From an uncultured Fidelibacterota bacterium (lineage in GTDB: Bacteria; Fidelibacterota; Marinisomatia; Marinisomatales; Marinisomataceae), in NCBI GenBank assembly GCA_902624275.1, contig CACNWW010000003.1, forward strand, positions 4,520 through 68,519: DNA of 64,000 nucleotides. Reading direction: 5' to 3'. The notes beneath the pieces are model-generated. The model saw only the letters and a program-made list of their open reading frames with translations, had not been told where the DNA came from and did not search any database. Of this stretch, positions 10,089-24,460 are shown piece by piece (positions within the stretch are counted from its first letter, which is position 1; each line of letters begins with the position of its first letter). A program made the position numbers and the translations under genes.

Positions 10089-11879
10089 CTAGAATGGCCA
10101 TATCATTGGTATCATTATAACTGAAACAATCCATAGAATCAATCCTAAAGGTAATCCTACCTTAATGTAATCGGAATATCTATAACCTCCTGGACCAAAT
10201 ACCATAAGATTAGTTTGATAACCTACTGGTGTAATAAATGACGCTGAAGCAGCATAACAAACCGCAAAAATGAATGGTTTTGGATCAAATCCAAAGTTTG
10301 CTGCTAATGATAAAGTAATTGGCGTCATGATAATAGCTGTAGCAGCATTTGAGGCTATTTCAGTCAAAATCATTGTTATAAAATAAATTAAAGCCAATAA
10401 TAAATATGGAAGAATATCTGCAGGAAATAGATTTACAAAACTTGAGATTGTATCACTTATTATAACATCTAATCCTGTTCTTTGAATTGCAGCCCCCATG
10501 GGAAGAAATGCAGCAATAACTATAATAACTTGCCAATGAATTGAGCTATATGCCTCATTTGGAGTTATTACTTTTGAAAGCAATAATGCAATTACACCGA
10601 TTATAACACCAACAACAATAGGAACAATATCAAAAATAGCCAATGTAACTGCTAACAATATAGATGTTAAACTAAGCCACCAAAAAGGATGTCCATCAAG
10701 CGATCCATCCACTTTACCCAAAACAATGAATCCTTCCTTATTAGCTAGCTGATTAATTCTATCTTTTGGGCCATAAACTAATAATGTATCGAAAGGCTTT
10801 AAAATGAAATGAGCCAGTTTTCTACGAATGATTTCTCCTTCTCTTCGGATTGCTAAAACAAAACTTCCGAAAGATCTTCTAAAATTAGCTTCTTGCAAAG
10901 AAAGACCTATTAATTCTGAATTGTCAGTAACTAGACATTCAGCTAATATATTATCCTCTTGTTCTAGTTCATCCTGTGTAAGTTTTTCATCAGCTAACAT
11001 AACCAAATTTTCAATCTCTTTTAATCTTTGAAAATTATCAAATGAACCTTTAACAAAAAGTATATCATCTTCTTGGATAACCAAATTGCGAAGATTAGAA
11101 TTGATGATTTCTCCATTCCTCAGTACGTCTAGTACTATCACATCATAGTTTTCGTTTATTTTTCTATCTAATAATGTTTTACCCGCAAGAGGTGAATTTT
11201 TAGAAACTTTAAATTCTGTTAAATAACCGTCCAATCTATAGTCTGCAATGCTTGATGATTTTGCTACTCTTATTGGCAAAAGCTTATATCCAATAGTAAA
11301 AATATATAGCAATCCAACTACAAATTTTATAATTCCAAACTTAGCAAACTCAAGCATACCTAGCGACACTTGACCATTAGAAGAATCAACTAAAATTGAA
11401 TTAACAATTAAATTTGTGGATGTACCTACTAGTGTTAGAGTACCTCCTAAGATAGCTGCATAACTCAATGGAATAAGTACTTTAGATGGACTTATATTAT
11501 ATTTATCAGCAAGCCTTATTGTTACAGGCATAAAAATCGCTACAATAGCAGTATTATTGACTACTGCGGAGGCTACTCCAATGGCAAATAGATAAGCAAT
11601 CATACCTAAAACTAGAGATTTATCTATCAAAGAATTGATGTTTATTATTAAATATTCAAGTACATGAGATTTTTGTAAAGCATGACTTAAAATAAATAAG
11701 CAAGCAATTGTAATGACTGCAGGATTAGAAAATCCTGCAAGACTTTCAGTAGGACTTACTAATCCCAGAATTAGTAACAATCCTAAAACTAATAATGCTG
11801 TTACATCTATTGGAAATAATTCAGTAACAAATAATACTAAAGCTACCAAAATTATTGCACCTAGGAATAAAATTTCCAT
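10089..11879 (-). CDS. SLC13/DASS-type anion permease with two internal TrkA-C domains
   Basis: The track ORF runs to 11909 but would overlap the tRNA-Leu 3' end. The internal ATG at 11879 (MEILFLGAIILVALVLFVTELFPIDVTALLV) is a typical family N-terminus. A central soluble region carries two TrkA-C-like repeats. Confidence 0.75.
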   Translation of the reverse strand: MEILFLGAIILVALVLFVTELFPIDVTALLVLGLLLILGLVSPTESLAGFSNPAVITIACLFILSHALQKSHVLEYLIININSLIDKSLVLGMIAYLFAIGVASAVVNNTAIVAIFMPVTIRLADKYNISPSKVLIPLSYAAILGGTLTLVGTSTNLIVNSILVDSSNGQVSLGMLEFAKFGIIKFVVGLLYIFTIGYKLLPIRVAKSSSIADYRLDGYLTEFKVSKNSPLAGKTLLDRKINENYDVIVLDVLRNGEIINSNLRNLVIQEDDILFVKGSFDNFQRLKEIENLVMLADEKLTQDELEQEDNILAECLVTDNSELIGLSLQEANFRRSFGSFVLAIRREGEIIRRKLAHFILKPFDTLLVYGPKDRINQLANKEGFIVLGKVDGSLDGHPFWWLSLTSILLAVTLAIFDIVPIVVGVIIGVIALLLSKVITPNEAYSSIHWQVIIVIAAFLPMGAAIQRTGLDVIISDTISSFVNLFPADILPYLLLALIYFITMILTEIASNAATAIIMTPITLSLAANFGFDPKPFIFAVCYAASASFITPVGYQTNLMVFGPGGYRYSDYIKVGLPLGLILWIVSVIMIPMIWPF

Positions 11880-11882
11880 AAG

Positions 11883-11964
11883 TACCGTGGAAAGGACTCG
11901 AACCTTCACATCTTACGATACTGGTTCCTAAGACCAGCGCGTCTACCAATTCCGCCACCACGGC
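11883..11964 (-). tRNA. tRNA-Leu (anticodon TAG), long variable arm
   Basis: Minus strand reads gccgtggtggcggaattggtagacgc gctggt cTTAGga accag tatcgtaagatgtg aaggttcgagtcctt tccacggt a. Class II variable arm. Position 1-72 reads as a G-U pair. Confidence 0.85.
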
Positions 11965-12006
11965 ATATTTATCGAAATATAAAGATAAAAAGTAAAAAAA
12001 GTTTAC

Positions 12007-13179
12007 TTAATGATTGATAGCTAAATCAAGCTCAGAAATTAAATCTTCTACATCCTCAATACCAACAGAAAGCCTTAATAGATTTTTTGTAATTCCCAAA
12101 TTTTCTTTTTCTTTTTTTGGAACAGATGCATGAGTCATAGAATAAGGACATGAAATTAAAGTCTTTACTCCACCCAAACTCTCAGCTAAAGTAATAAAGT
12201 TTAATTTCTTTGCAAATTTATTAACACTTACAGAGCTATCAAGTTCAAAAGAAATGATTCCACCGAATACTGATTTTCCTTCAGGGTTCTTCTGTTGTTT
12301 TTTTGCAATTGCATGTTGCGGATGATCTTTAAGTCCTGGATAAATCACTCTTGTAACTTTTTTATGATTTTTAAGCCAATTTGCAATTATCATCGCATTG
12401 CTAAAATGTCTTTCTACTCTCAGTGATAAAGTTTTAACAGAACGAAGGAGTAGCCAAGCATCAAAAGGGCTTGGCAAAGCTCCTGCAGTATTTTGAATTA
12501 GAGTAATTTTTTCTGCAGAACTCTTATCGTTAACCATTAGTGCTCCACTTAAAATATCAGAATGACCTCCAATATATTTTGTAGTACTATGCATTACAAT
12601 ATCAGCGCCCAGATTAAGTGGCTTCTGTCCACAAGGACTCATAAAAGTATTATCAACACTTACTAGAATATTTTTAGGTTTACATAGCTTACTAACTGAA
12701 GAAATGTCTGCAATTTCAAGTAATGGGTTACTCGGTGTTTCTAAGTGAATTAATTTTGTATTACCCCTTATTGAATCATTAATAATCTTTAAGTTTGTAG
12801 TATCGATAAATTCAAAATCAACTTCATTATCATTTAATACTTTTGTAACAAGCCTAAAGACACCGCCATATACATTTTGCGAAATTAAAACATGATCTCC
12901 TGGCTTAAACATTAAAAATATTGCTGACATAGCTGCCATGCCGGATGCGAAAGCAAAAGAAAACTTTGCATCTTCTAACATTGCAAAATTCTCTTCTAAG
13001 GCATCAATTGTTGGACCACCGGTTCTAGAATAAACAAATTGTTCAGAACTACTAAAACTTGGCTGTCTAAAAGTTGAGGTTAAATGAAGAGGAGTAACTG
13101 CAGCGCCAGTTTCATCAATTCTATTACCAGTATGAATAGATTTTGTTAAGAACTTTGTATTTTTTTTATTCTTAGCCAC
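12007..13179 (-). CDS. PLP-dependent trans-sulfuration enzyme (cystathionine beta-lyase/gamma-synthase family)
   Basis: 390 aa. The Cys/Met-metabolism PLP family lysine motif HSTTKYIGGHSD. Confidence 0.8.
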   Translation of the reverse strand: MAKNKKNTKFLTKSIHTGNRIDETGAAVTPLHLTSTFRQPSFSSSEQFVYSRTGGPTIDALEENFAMLEDAKFSFAFASGMAAMSAIFLMFKPGDHVLISQNVYGGVFRLVTKVLNDNEVDFEFIDTTNLKIINDSIRGNTKLIHLETPSNPLLEIADISSVSKLCKPKNILVSVDNTFMSPCGQKPLNLGADIVMHSTTKYIGGHSDILSGALMVNDKSSAEKITLIQNTAGALPSPFDAWLLLRSVKTLSLRVERHFSNAMIIANWLKNHKKVTRVIYPGLKDHPQHAIAKKQQKNPEGKSVFGGIISFELDSSVSVNKFAKKLNFITLAESLGGVKTLISCPYSMTHASVPKKEKENLGITKNLLRLSVGIEDVEDLISELDLAINH

Positions 13180-16100
13180 GAGTATATCCTTTAATTAAAT
13201 ACTGATCAATTTTTTTGAATTTTACTTTAACTCTTGCACCTGATGGAGCAATGAGCTCAACTTTATCATTTCTGCCAAGCTTTAATTCAGATTCATCTGA
13301 CATATCTTTCTGCTGAGGAATATTTTTATGGATATCACTTGAATTACTATTTGCTGCTTCATCATGTTGAAGTTGAATATTTTTTTGTAATGGATTTTGT
13401 TGAGTCTGAATTTGATCGCTCACCTGAGCATGAAAAACTCTTTGAATAACAGTGCTTCTTAAGCTAATCATCAATTCTTGAAAAAAGTTATATGATTCAG
13501 ATTTATATTCGATCAATGGATTTTTTTGCCCATAAGCTCTTAACCCTATCCCTTCTCTTAATTGATCCATTCCCAATAAATGATTTCTCCATTTTTCATC
13601 AATAGTTTTTAGTACAATAAATTTTTCTACTTTTCTTAATAACTCTGAAGGAATAACATCTTCTTTAAGTTGATAATATTTTAATGCTTCCTCATTTATG
13701 TAATCAATCAGCTCATCTAAAGATTGTAAAGATTCAATTTCATTAACATCAATATTGACAAGTAAATTACTATTTAGCTGTTGATTAATAGTTTGCCAAT
13801 CCCAATCTTTTATTTGTTTAAAATCTAAATCTCCGACAGTATCAAAAATAAAATCTTCAATAAACTCATTTATAGTATCTTTGATCGATTCAGAAAGAAG
13901 TGCCTTGTTTCGTAAATCATATATTATTTCTCTTTGCTGATTTAATACATCATCATACTCTAACAGATGTTTTCTCATTGCAAAATTTCTTTCTTCAACT
14001 TTCTTTTGAGCATTACTAACACCTCTATTCAACATCCCTGCGCTTAGCTCTTGATCTTCATCCATTGAAAGTCGATCCATGTATGTTGCAAGTCTATCCA
14101 TATTAAATAGTCTCATCAGGTCATCTTCTAAAGAAATATAAAATCTTGAAGACCCATTATCACCTTGCCTTCCAGATCTACCCATTAATTGCAAATCTAT
14201 CCTTCTTGACTCATGTCTAGCTGTACCAATAATATGTAACCCTCCTAACTCTTCAACGCCAGGTCCTAACTTAATATCTGTTCCTCTACCTGCCATATTA
14301 GTAGCAATAGTAATTGATTTTTTTAAACCAGCTTGAGCTACAATTTGTGCTTCGCTTTGATGTTGTTTTGCATTTAGTACATTGTGAGGAATTCCTTTTT
14401 GTTTTAACATTTTTGAAAGTAACTCAGATACCTCAACAGAAACTGTTCCAATCAAAACTGGTTGGCCTTTTGAATAATACTCACTCACTTCTTTTATTAC
14501 TGCCTTGTATTTAGCTTGCATTGATTTATAAATGACATCATTAAAATCATTTCTCTTAATAGGTCTATGAGTTGGGATTACAGTAACTCCAAGATTATAA
14601 ATTTTTTCAAATTCAGCAGCTTCTGTATTAGCTGTACCTGTCATTCCGGATAATTTATCATACATTCTAAAATAATTTTGAATCGTTATTGATGCTAAAG
14701 TTTGTGTTTCTTTTTCAATTTTAACGTTTTCTTTTGCCTCCAATGCTTGATGAAGACCTCCGCTAAATCTTCTTCCTGGAAGAACTCTTCCTGTAAATTC
14801 ATCAACGATTAACACTTGACCATTTTGAACGACATATTCAACATCCTTATCAAAAAGAGTATATGCTTTTAATAATTGACTAAGATAATGAATCTTACTA
14901 CTTCTTTCAGAATGCAACTTATATAATTTTTCCTTTTGTAATTGTTTTTGTTCATCTGAAAGATTTTGATCATCAATATCTGAAAGTAATTCGCCTAAAT
15001 CTGGAATAGTAAATGCATCTTTATTATCAGGAGATAATGCTTCTCTACCCTTATCTGATAAATCAACACTATTAGATTGTTCGTCAATCGAGAATAATAA
15101 ATCTTCATCCAATAAGTAAGTTTTTTTCTCTGCAATATATTCTGATTCTACAGCATTCATCATCTTAATTGTTCCCTGCTGTTGGAATAAATCTTGTAGT
15201 TTTTGAAATTTTGGTAACCCTCTTTTAGCCTTTAGAAGAAGCAATCCAGCTTGTTGTTTCTCATTATCAGAAAGAGTTTCATTTTTTAATAATATTTGCG
15301 CCTCAGAAACAAGTGTACTAATTAGTTGAGTTTGTTTTACAACAAGAGATTGTACAGGTCGCTTTAAATCTACATAAGATTGATTGATTTTTGTCTCAAC
15401 AGGACCAGAAATAATTAAAGGTGTTCTTGCCTCATCTATTAATACACTATCAACTTCATCAACAATTGCATAATTGTGCTTTCTTTGCACTAAAAATTCA
15501 CTATCAATAGACATATTATCTCTTAAATAATCAAACCCAAATTCATTATTTGTTCCATACGTTATATCACAATTATATGATGATTTTCTTTGTTCAGGGT
15601 TCATGCTATTTAAAATAAATCCAACAGATAATCCAAGAGTTTCAAAAACTTTCCCCATCCATTCTGCATCTCTTTGCGCAAGATAGTCATTTACAGTAAT
15701 CACATGAACACCTCTTCCTGAAAGAGCATTGAGGTAAATTGGAAAAGTAGCAACCAGTGTCTTACCCTCTCCAGTCTTCATTTCTGAAATCTTTCCCTGA
15801 TGTAAAACTATCCCACCAATGATCTGCTCATCGTAAGGAATCATTTCCCACTTAATTTTTTGACCAACTACTTCCCATTCTTTGCCATACAAAAGTCTGC
15901 AGGCATGTTTTACTAGAGCAAAAGCTTCGATTAAATGTTGTTCTAAAACATTTTCTGCAATTTGAGATCTTATTTTTTTTAGCTCTTTAGATTCATCTAT
16001 ATTATTAAGCTTTTTACTTTCTTGCTCAGCTATGGATTTTTTGATTACGGTTTGTAATTCTTTTGTTCGATCTTGTAAATAAGATAAATCTTTTCCTTCG

Positions 16101-16198
16101 ATAGTCGCATAGAATTCATTTACTTGCTTTACAATAGGTAAAATTTTCTTTATTTCTCTATCTGATTTTGTTCCAAATATTTTTGTTAAAATGCCCAA
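13172..16198 (-). CDS. secA: Preprotein translocase ATPase SecA
   Basis: 1008 aa. MKTGEGKTLVA Walker A, DEVDSVLIDEARTPLIISG, TNMAGRGTDIKLG. The C-terminal tail lacks the usual Cys/His zinc motif. Confidence 0.97.
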   Translation of the reverse strand: MGILTKIFGTKSDREIKKILPIVKQVNEFYATIEGKDLSYLQDRTKELQTVIKKSIAEQESKKLNNIDESKELKKIRSQIAENVLEQHLIEAFALVKHACRLLYGKEWEVVGQKIKWEMIPYDEQIIGGIVLHQGKISEMKTGEGKTLVATFPIYLNALSGRGVHVITVNDYLAQRDAEWMGKVFETLGLSVGFILNSMNPEQRKSSYNCDITYGTNNEFGFDYLRDNMSIDSEFLVQRKHNYAIVDEVDSVLIDEARTPLIISGPVETKINQSYVDLKRPVQSLVVKQTQLISTLVSEAQILLKNETLSDNEKQQAGLLLLKAKRGLPKFQKLQDLFQQQGTIKMMNAVESEYIAEKKTYLLDEDLLFSIDEQSNSVDLSDKGREALSPDNKDAFTIPDLGELLSDIDDQNLSDEQKQLQKEKLYKLHSERSSKIHYLSQLLKAYTLFDKDVEYVVQNGQVLIVDEFTGRVLPGRRFSGGLHQALEAKENVKIEKETQTLASITIQNYFRMYDKLSGMTGTANTEAAEFEKIYNLGVTVIPTHRPIKRNDFNDVIYKSMQAKYKAVIKEVSEYYSKGQPVLIGTVSVEVSELLSKMLKQKGIPHNVLNAKQHQSEAQIVAQAGLKKSITIATNMAGRGTDIKLGPGVEELGGLHIIGTARHESRRIDLQLMGRSGRQGDNGSSRFYISLEDDLMRLFNMDRLATYMDRLSMDEDQELSAGMLNRGVSNAQKKVEERNFAMRKHLLEYDDVLNQQREIIYDLRNKALLSESIKDTINEFIEDFIFDTVGDLDFKQIKDWDWQTINQQLNSNLLVNIDVNEIESLQSLDELIDYINEEALKYYQLKEDVIPSELLRKVEKFIVLKTIDEKWRNHLLGMDQLREGIGLRAYGQKNPLIEYKSESYNFFQELMISLRSTVIQRVFHAQVSDQIQTQQNPLQKNIQLQHDEAANSNSSDIHKNIPQQKDMSDESELKLGRNDKVELIAPSGARVKVKFKKIDQYLIKGYTRG

Positions 16199-16621
16199 CT
16201 ATAACTCCTTGTAAATTGAGTCTAAGACACCATTAACGAATGAAGTACTATCTTCTGAACTAAATTTTTTAGCATTTTCTATAGCAGAACTAATAGTAAC
16301 TTTATGAGAAATATCATATGACTTTAGATGAATCATTTCGCATAAAGACATTTGCATAATTAACCTATCAATAACATTTAATCTATCTATTGTCCAATTA
16401 TCAAGACTACTTTCAATATGCTCGTCTAATTCATCAGAAAATTCTATTGTTGAATTAAAAAGTTCTTCTACAAATTTTTTAGTCATTTTGTCAAATTCAT
16501 ATCTTATCAAAATATCATGTAAGACTTTTTTTGCTTCCTCATTTGATAAATGTTTTGCATAAAGTGCTTGTAAAACGGCCTCTCTAGCTAACTTTCTTTG
16601 CTGTTTATCACTTTTTGCCAT
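16199..16621 (-). CDS. nusB: Transcription antitermination factor NusB
   Basis: 140 aa. AREAVLQALYA N-terminus and a NusB-like helical pattern. Directly abuts secA. Confidence 0.85.
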   Translation of the reverse strand: MAKSDKQQRKLAREAVLQALYAKHLSNEEAKKVLHDILIRYEFDKMTKKFVEELFNSTIEFSDELDEHIESSLDNWTIDRLNVIDRLIMQMSLCEMIHLKSYDISHKVTISSAIENAKKFSSEDSTSFVNGVLDSIYKEL

Positions 16622-16628
16622 AAGATTG

Positions 16629-17693
16629 TTACTGATGATTCCATTTAATATAATCTTGAATTCTTCTCTCAGCTAAAAGATTTGCTGCCTCAAGTGTCGA
16701 AATATTATTATTTGCTGCGTAATCAAAAATTCTTGTCAGAATATAGTAAATACCTTCAACCTGATATTTTGCTTTTTCTTTATTGTAACCCTGAAGTTCA
16801 TTTGCAACATTCATTAAGCCGCCAGCATTAATTACATAATCAGGGACATACATTATTTCTTTTTCCTCCAATAATTTTGAATCTCTTTCTTCTTCTTCTA
16901 ACTGGTTATTAGCTGCACCAGCAATAACACTACACTTTAAGCTTTTAATTGTAGAGGGATTTATTACTGCACCCATCGCGCATGGAGAAAAAACATCTAA
17001 GTCCATTGACAATAGCTCATCATCACTAACGGGTTTAACATCAAATTCATTTTTAACTCTTTCAAGAGATTCTTCATTAATATCATGGCCATATATTTCT
17101 GCACCTTCTTCGTTTAAATGAGTACATAAATAATATCCTACCTTGCCAAAACCTTGGACACCTATTTTAAGTCCATTCAATGATTGAATATTTAATTTTT
17201 TTTTCAATGCGGCTTTCATTCCTACAAAAACTCCTAAAGCAGTAAGAATAGATGGATCACCGCTTCCACCCATTGCTCGTTGAATTCCAGTAACATGATC
17301 TGTTTCCATTCGTATAAATTCCATATCATGTACCGACATGCCGACATCTTCAGCTGTGATATACTTCCCTCCAAGACTTTGTACAAATTTTCCAAATGAT
17401 CGTAAAAGCACTTCTGATTTATCTGAATTTGGATCTCCAATAATCACAGCTTTACCACCACCTAAATTTAAATTAGAAATAGAAGCTTTATATGTCATGC
17501 CTCTCGATAATCTTAGAACATCTACAAGTGCATCTTCTTCGCTCTTATATGGATACATTCTACATCCTCCTAAAGCAGGTCCTAAAACAGTATTATGCAC
17601 TGCAATGATTGCTTTTAATCCAGAAGACGAGTCATTACAATAGACAACTTGTTCATGATTTTTATCAGATATTTTTTCAAAAATTTTTGTCAT
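16629..17693 (-). CDS. Leucine (Glu/Leu/Phe/Val family) dehydrogenase
   Basis: 354 aa. LGPALGGCRMYPY, NLGGGKAVIIGDP catalytic Lys motif, and the GFGKVG nucleotide-binding motif. Confidence 0.85.
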   Translation of the reverse strand: MTKIFEKISDKNHEQVVYCNDSSSGLKAIIAVHNTVLGPALGGCRMYPYKSEEDALVDVLRLSRGMTYKASISNLNLGGGKAVIIGDPNSDKSEVLLRSFGKFVQSLGGKYITAEDVGMSVHDMEFIRMETDHVTGIQRAMGGSGDPSILTALGVFVGMKAALKKKLNIQSLNGLKIGVQGFGKVGYYLCTHLNEEGAEIYGHDINEESLERVKNEFDVKPVSDDELLSMDLDVFSPCAMGAVINPSTIKSLKCSVIAGAANNQLEEEERDSKLLEEKEIMYVPDYVINAGGLMNVANELQGYNKEKAKYQVEGIYYILTRIFDYAANNNISTLEAANLLAERRIQDYIKWNHQ

Positions 17694-17702
17694 AATAATT
17701 TC

Positions 17703-18650
17703 CTATTTATTTTTGGATTTTGAATAAGCATCAATAATATGTTTTACAAGATGATGTCTTGCAATATCATGCTCACTTAGTTTTACAATCCCAATATCAT
17801 TAATATTTTTTAATATTTTTAAAACATCAATCAATCCAGAATTGGACTTTGTTGGTAAATCAATCTGTGATTCGTCACCAGTTATTATCGCTCTTGATTC
17901 AATTCCTAATCTTGTTAGAAACATTTTCATTTGGATTGATGAAGCATTTTGAGCCTCATCAAGAATCATAGCTGAACGATTGATGGTTCTTCCTCTCATA
18001 TATGCCAATGGTATTATCTCAATAATACCTCTATCTAAAAAATTTTGAATTTTATTTTTTGGCAATAATTCATGAAGTGCATCATACAATGGTGCAAGAT
18101 ATGGATCAATTTTATCTTTAAGGTCTCCTGGAAGAAATCCTAAATTTTCTCCAGCTTCAACTGCAGGTCTACAGAAAATAATTTTTTCAATTTCATGTTT
18201 TTCAAGTAATGATAATGCATATGCCACAGCGAGGAATGTTTTACCGGTTCCTGCAGGACCAACAGAAATAATAATATCGTTTTTGAAAAAAGATTGAACT
18301 AATTCTTTTTGACCATCAGTTCTAGGAAAAACTGGACCCTTTTTACCATAAAATATTACGTTCTCAATGGAGCCATTGGATTTAGATGATTTTTCAGATG
18401 CATTCAAAGCAACTAATTGTGATATATCTTTTTTTGATAAGGTATTACCTTTTTTAATTGAGTCAATCATTTGATTTAAAACTGAATCAAAATGATTTAT
18501 ATCTTTTTTTAAACCTTGGCAAAAAATATTGTTTCCTCTAACATTTAATTGAAGAGGAAGTTGTTTTTCTAAAAAAATAATATTTTTATCACCAACTCCA
18601 TACAGACTTGTTAAATCTACACCTTTTATTTCAAACGTTTTTTTCATCAT
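17703..18650 (-). CDS. phoH: PhoH-family ATPase
   Basis: 315 aa. [13 protein letters not shown] Walker A, ILDEAQN Walker B. Confidence 0.9.
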   Translation of the reverse strand: MMKKTFEIKGVDLTSLYGVGDKNIIFLEKQLPLQLNVRGNNIFCQGLKKDINHFDSVLNQMIDSIKKGNTLSKKDISQLVALNASEKSSKSNGSIENVIFYGKKGPVFPRTDGQKELVQSFFKNDIIISVGPAGTGKTFLAVAYALSLLEKHEIEKIIFCRPAVEAGENLGFLPGDLKDKIDPYLAPLYDALHELLPKNKIQNFLDRGIIEIIPLAYMRGRTINRSAMILDEAQNASSIQMKMFLTRLGIESRAIITGDESQIDLPTKSNSGLIDVLKILKNINDIGIVKLSEHDIARHHLVKHIIDAYSKSKNK

Positions 18651-20382
18651 CTACAATCTTTATTCCAAGTTCATTTAATTGTTCTTCTGAAACAAGGTTT
18701 GGAGCTTCTTCCATCAAAGCAGATGCTGATGTTGTCTTTGGAAACGCAATAACGTCTCTAATATTTGTCACTCCTGCTAACAACATGACTAATCTATCTA
18801 ACCCAAATGCAATACCACCGTGCGGAGGAGTACCATATTTAAGTGCATCTATAAAAAATCCAAATTTTTCTGAAATTTCCTTATCAGATAGATTCATTAT
18901 TTTAAATATATCTTTTTGTAATTTATGGTCATGGATTCTTATTGAACCTCCAGCTACTTCATATCCATTAATTACTATATCATAGCCTTTAGAAATAATA
19001 TCTTCAGGATTTGATAAGACATTTTCTATATCAGAGTCTTTTGGAGCAGTAAAAGGATGATTTACAGAATCAAATCTTTCAGTCTCGTCATTCCAATCAA
19101 ATAAAGGAAAATCTACAATCCAAACAGGGGCAAAGATGCTATTATCCTTAAGATTTAATATATCGCCAAGCCTGCTTCTTACTTTTCCAAGAATTTTAAG
19201 TGAATTATTTAGATTATCACCAACCATTAAACATATTGAGTTATCTTTAATTCCAAAATTGCTAATGATTTTATTACGAAGTTCAGAATCAAAAAATTTA
19301 GAAATTCCACCCTCAAAATCACCATTATTCACTTTATACCACGCTAGTCCTTTAGCACCAATTGATTGAGCATAAGCATCCATTTCATCTATAACTTTTC
19401 TGGAGAATTTATCAGCTTCTTGAATGTGAATCATTCTTACAGCCTCACAAGAAGAAAATGCTTTAAAATCAGATTTGTCTGAAAAAGGTTTGAAATCATT
19501 GATAAGCATTTCAAATCTTAAGTCAGGCTTATCAGTACCATATTTTTCAATAGCTTCGTTATATGAAAGAACTGGAAAATCATTTATATCTACATTGATT
19601 ATATCTTTAAATACTTTAACAATTAAATTTTGAACTAAATTTCTGACTTCATTTTCATCAACAAAACTCATTTCTAAATCAATTTGAGTGAACTCAGGTT
19701 GACGATCAGATCTTAAATCTTCATCCCTAAAACATTTTACGATTTGAAAATATCGGTCTAAGCCTGAAATCATAAATAGTTGTTTATACATTTGTGGAGA
19801 TTGTGGTAACGCATAAAATTGACCGTTGTGAACTCTGCTTGGCACTAAATAATCTCTAGCACCTTCTGGAGTGGACTTCATCAACACTGGTGTTTCAATC
19901 TCCAGAAAATTATTTTCTGATAAGAAATTTCTTACTACCTGAGCTGTTTTATGTCTTATAATTAAATTATTTTGAAGAGAAGAATTTCTAAGCTCTAAAT
20001 ATCTATATTTTAATCTATGCTCTTCAGATGATGCTTCTCGATTTTGTATGGATAAAGGCATAGGTTCAGCAGTACTTAATAAATCAATTTTTTCAACTAA
20101 AACTTCAATTTCACCTGTTGATAAATCAGGATTTATTAAATCTTTTTCCCTTGCAGAAACTTTACCGGATACATGAATAACATCTTCATTTGACAAGGTT
20201 TTACCGATTTCAATTAATTCATCAGAACCTAATATGACCTGCGTTTTACCAAAACGATCACGAATATCTATAAATATAATCTGACCATGGGTTCTTATAG
20301 AGTTTACCCATCCTGAAAGCTGAACGGTCTTGTCAATATGATTATTATTCAGTTCACCACAATTATGTGTTCTAATAGTCAT
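18631..20382 (-). CDS. aspS: Aspartyl-tRNA synthetase
   Basis: 583 aa. Class IIb motifs ([32 protein letters not shown]). 20-nt overlap with phoH. Confidence 0.97.
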   Translation of the reverse strand: MTIRTHNCGELNNNHIDKTVQLSGWVNSIRTHGQIIFIDIRDRFGKTQVILGSDELIEIGKTLSNEDVIHVSGKVSAREKDLINPDLSTGEIEVLVEKIDLLSTAEPMPLSIQNREASSEEHRLKYRYLELRNSSLQNNLIIRHKTAQVVRNFLSENNFLEIETPVLMKSTPEGARDYLVPSRVHNGQFYALPQSPQMYKQLFMISGLDRYFQIVKCFRDEDLRSDRQPEFTQIDLEMSFVDENEVRNLVQNLIVKVFKDIINVDINDFPVLSYNEAIEKYGTDKPDLRFEMLINDFKPFSDKSDFKAFSSCEAVRMIHIQEADKFSRKVIDEMDAYAQSIGAKGLAWYKVNNGDFEGGISKFFDSELRNKIISNFGIKDNSICLMVGDNLNNSLKILGKVRSRLGDILNLKDNSIFAPVWIVDFPLFDWNDETERFDSVNHPFTAPKDSDIENVLSNPEDIISKGYDIVINGYEVAGGSIRIHDHKLQKDIFKIMNLSDKEISEKFGFFIDALKYGTPPHGGIAFGLDRLVMLLAGVTNIRDVIAFPKTTSASALMEEAPNLVSEEQLNELGIKIVDDEKNV

Positions 20383-20399
20383 TTATAATAATCTAATAA

Positions 20400-22941
<2,542 letters not shown>

Positions 22942-22942
22942 A

Positions 22943-24460
22943 TTAGAAGCTCTTCTTGAATTCCTCTATTGCCTTATTCATCTTTTCACCAAGATCGTCT
23001 GAAATATCTCCTGAACTAAGTATTTCTTTTAAGCATTCAGAATGTTTTGATTCAAAATGCTCAAGAAGACCTACTTCAAATTCCTTAACTGACTCTAATT
23101 CAATATCATCTAAATAACCCTGACTCGCAGCATAAATAATTGCAACCTGCTTTTCAGTTGTCATTGGTACATATTGATTCTGTTTTAGAATTTCAACCAT
23201 TCTTCTTCCTCTTGTAATTTGAGCTGCAGTTGATTCATCCAAATCTGAAGCAAATTTTGCAAAAGCTTCCAATTCTCTAAATTGAGCTAAGTCTAACCTT
23301 AATTTTCCTGCAATTTTTTTCATAGCTTTAATCTGAGCACTACCACCAACTCTTGAAACAGATAATCCAACATCAACTGCAGGTCTAACTCCTCCGTTAA
23401 ACAAGTTTGTATCTAAATAAATCTGTCCATCTGTAATTGATATTACGTTTGTTGGAATATATGCAGATACATCACCTTCTTGAGTTTCAATAACTGGAAG
23501 TGCTGTAAGCGAACCAGAACCTAAATCTTCTGAAAGCTTTGAAGCTCTTTCTAGCAATCTACTATGTAAGTAGAATACATCACCTGGGAATGCTTCTCTA
23601 CCAGGAGGTCTTCTCAAAACAAGAGACATCTGCCTATATGCAGTAGCTTGTTTTGATAAATCATCATAGACAATTAAACCATGCATACCATTATCTCTAT
23701 AATATTCTCCCATAGCACAACCTGAATAAGGAGCAATATATTGTAATGGAGCTGGATCAGAAGCATTTGCTACTACTACAGTTGTATACTCCATTGCTCC
23801 GTTGGCCTCAAGCTCGGCAACAAGCTTAGCAACTGTTGATGCCTTTTGACCAACAGCAACATAAACACAATATACTGGGCTATCTGAACTATGAGTGGAT
23901 TTTTGATTAATAATAGTGTCAATTGCAATTGCTGATTTTCCAGTCTGCCTATCACCAATAATTAGCTCTCTTTGACCTCTACCAATTGGAATCATGCTGT
24001 CAATTGATTTTAATCCAGTTTGTAGGGGTTCTTTAACTGGAAATCTTTGCATAACTCCTAATGCTTTTCTTTCAATTGGTAAAGTTTCTTTAGCGTTTAT
24101 AGGGCCCTTACCATCCATTGGCTGACCCAAAGGGTCAACGACACGACCTAAAAGTTCTTTACCCACTGGCACTTGTACAACTTTACCTGTTCTTTTAACG
24201 GTATCACCCTCTTTTACAAGACTACTATCACCAAAAAGTACTGCACCAACATTTTCTTCTTCTAAATTTAAAGCCATTCCAAATACATTATTTGGAAACT
24301 CAACGAGCTCAGAACTCATTACACTTCCAAGTCCGCTTGTTCTGGCAACACCATCGCCAATTTCTAAAACTTCGCCAACTTCATTAACATCAACACTTTC
24401 ATTGATATTTTTAATCTGACTTCGTAGCAAATCACCGATTTCATTTGTCTTAATATCCAT
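22943..24460 (-). CDS. atpA: F1 ATP synthase alpha subunit
   Basis: 505 aa. [15 protein letters not shown] Walker A. Confidence 0.98.
   Translation of the reverse strand: MDIKTNEIGDLLRSQIKNINESVDVNEVGEVLEIGDGVARTSGLGSVMSSELVEFPNNVFGMALNLEEENVGAVLFGDSSLVKEGDTVKRTGKVVQVPVGKELLGRVVDPLGQPMDGKGPINAKETLPIERKALGVMQRFPVKEPLQTGLKSIDSMIPIGRGQRELIIGDRQTGKSAIAIDTIINQKSTHSSDSPVYCVYVAVGQKASTVAKLVAELEANGAMEYTTVVVANASDPAPLQYIAPYSGCAMGEYYRDNGMHGLIVYDDLSKQATAYRQMSLVLRRPPGREAFPGDVFYLHSRLLERASKLSEDLGSGSLTALPVIETQEGDVSAYIPTNVISITDGQIYLDTNLFNGGVRPAVDVGLSVSRVGGSAQIKAMKKIAGKLRLDLAQFRELEAFAKFASDLDESTAAQITRGRRMVEILKQNQYVPMTTEKQVAIIYAASQGYLDDIELESVKEFEVGLLEHFESKHSECLKEILSSGDISDDLGEKMNKAIEEFKKSF

Noticed and set aside
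18608-18985. 125-aa plus-strand ORF, plus similar antisense ORFs at 17338-17643, 48483-48824, 50642-50956, 43034-43309 and others in the track
   Set aside because: All are embedded antisense in strongly supported genes (aspS, leucine dehydrogenase, SSS transporter and others) and are judged to be shadow ORFs.
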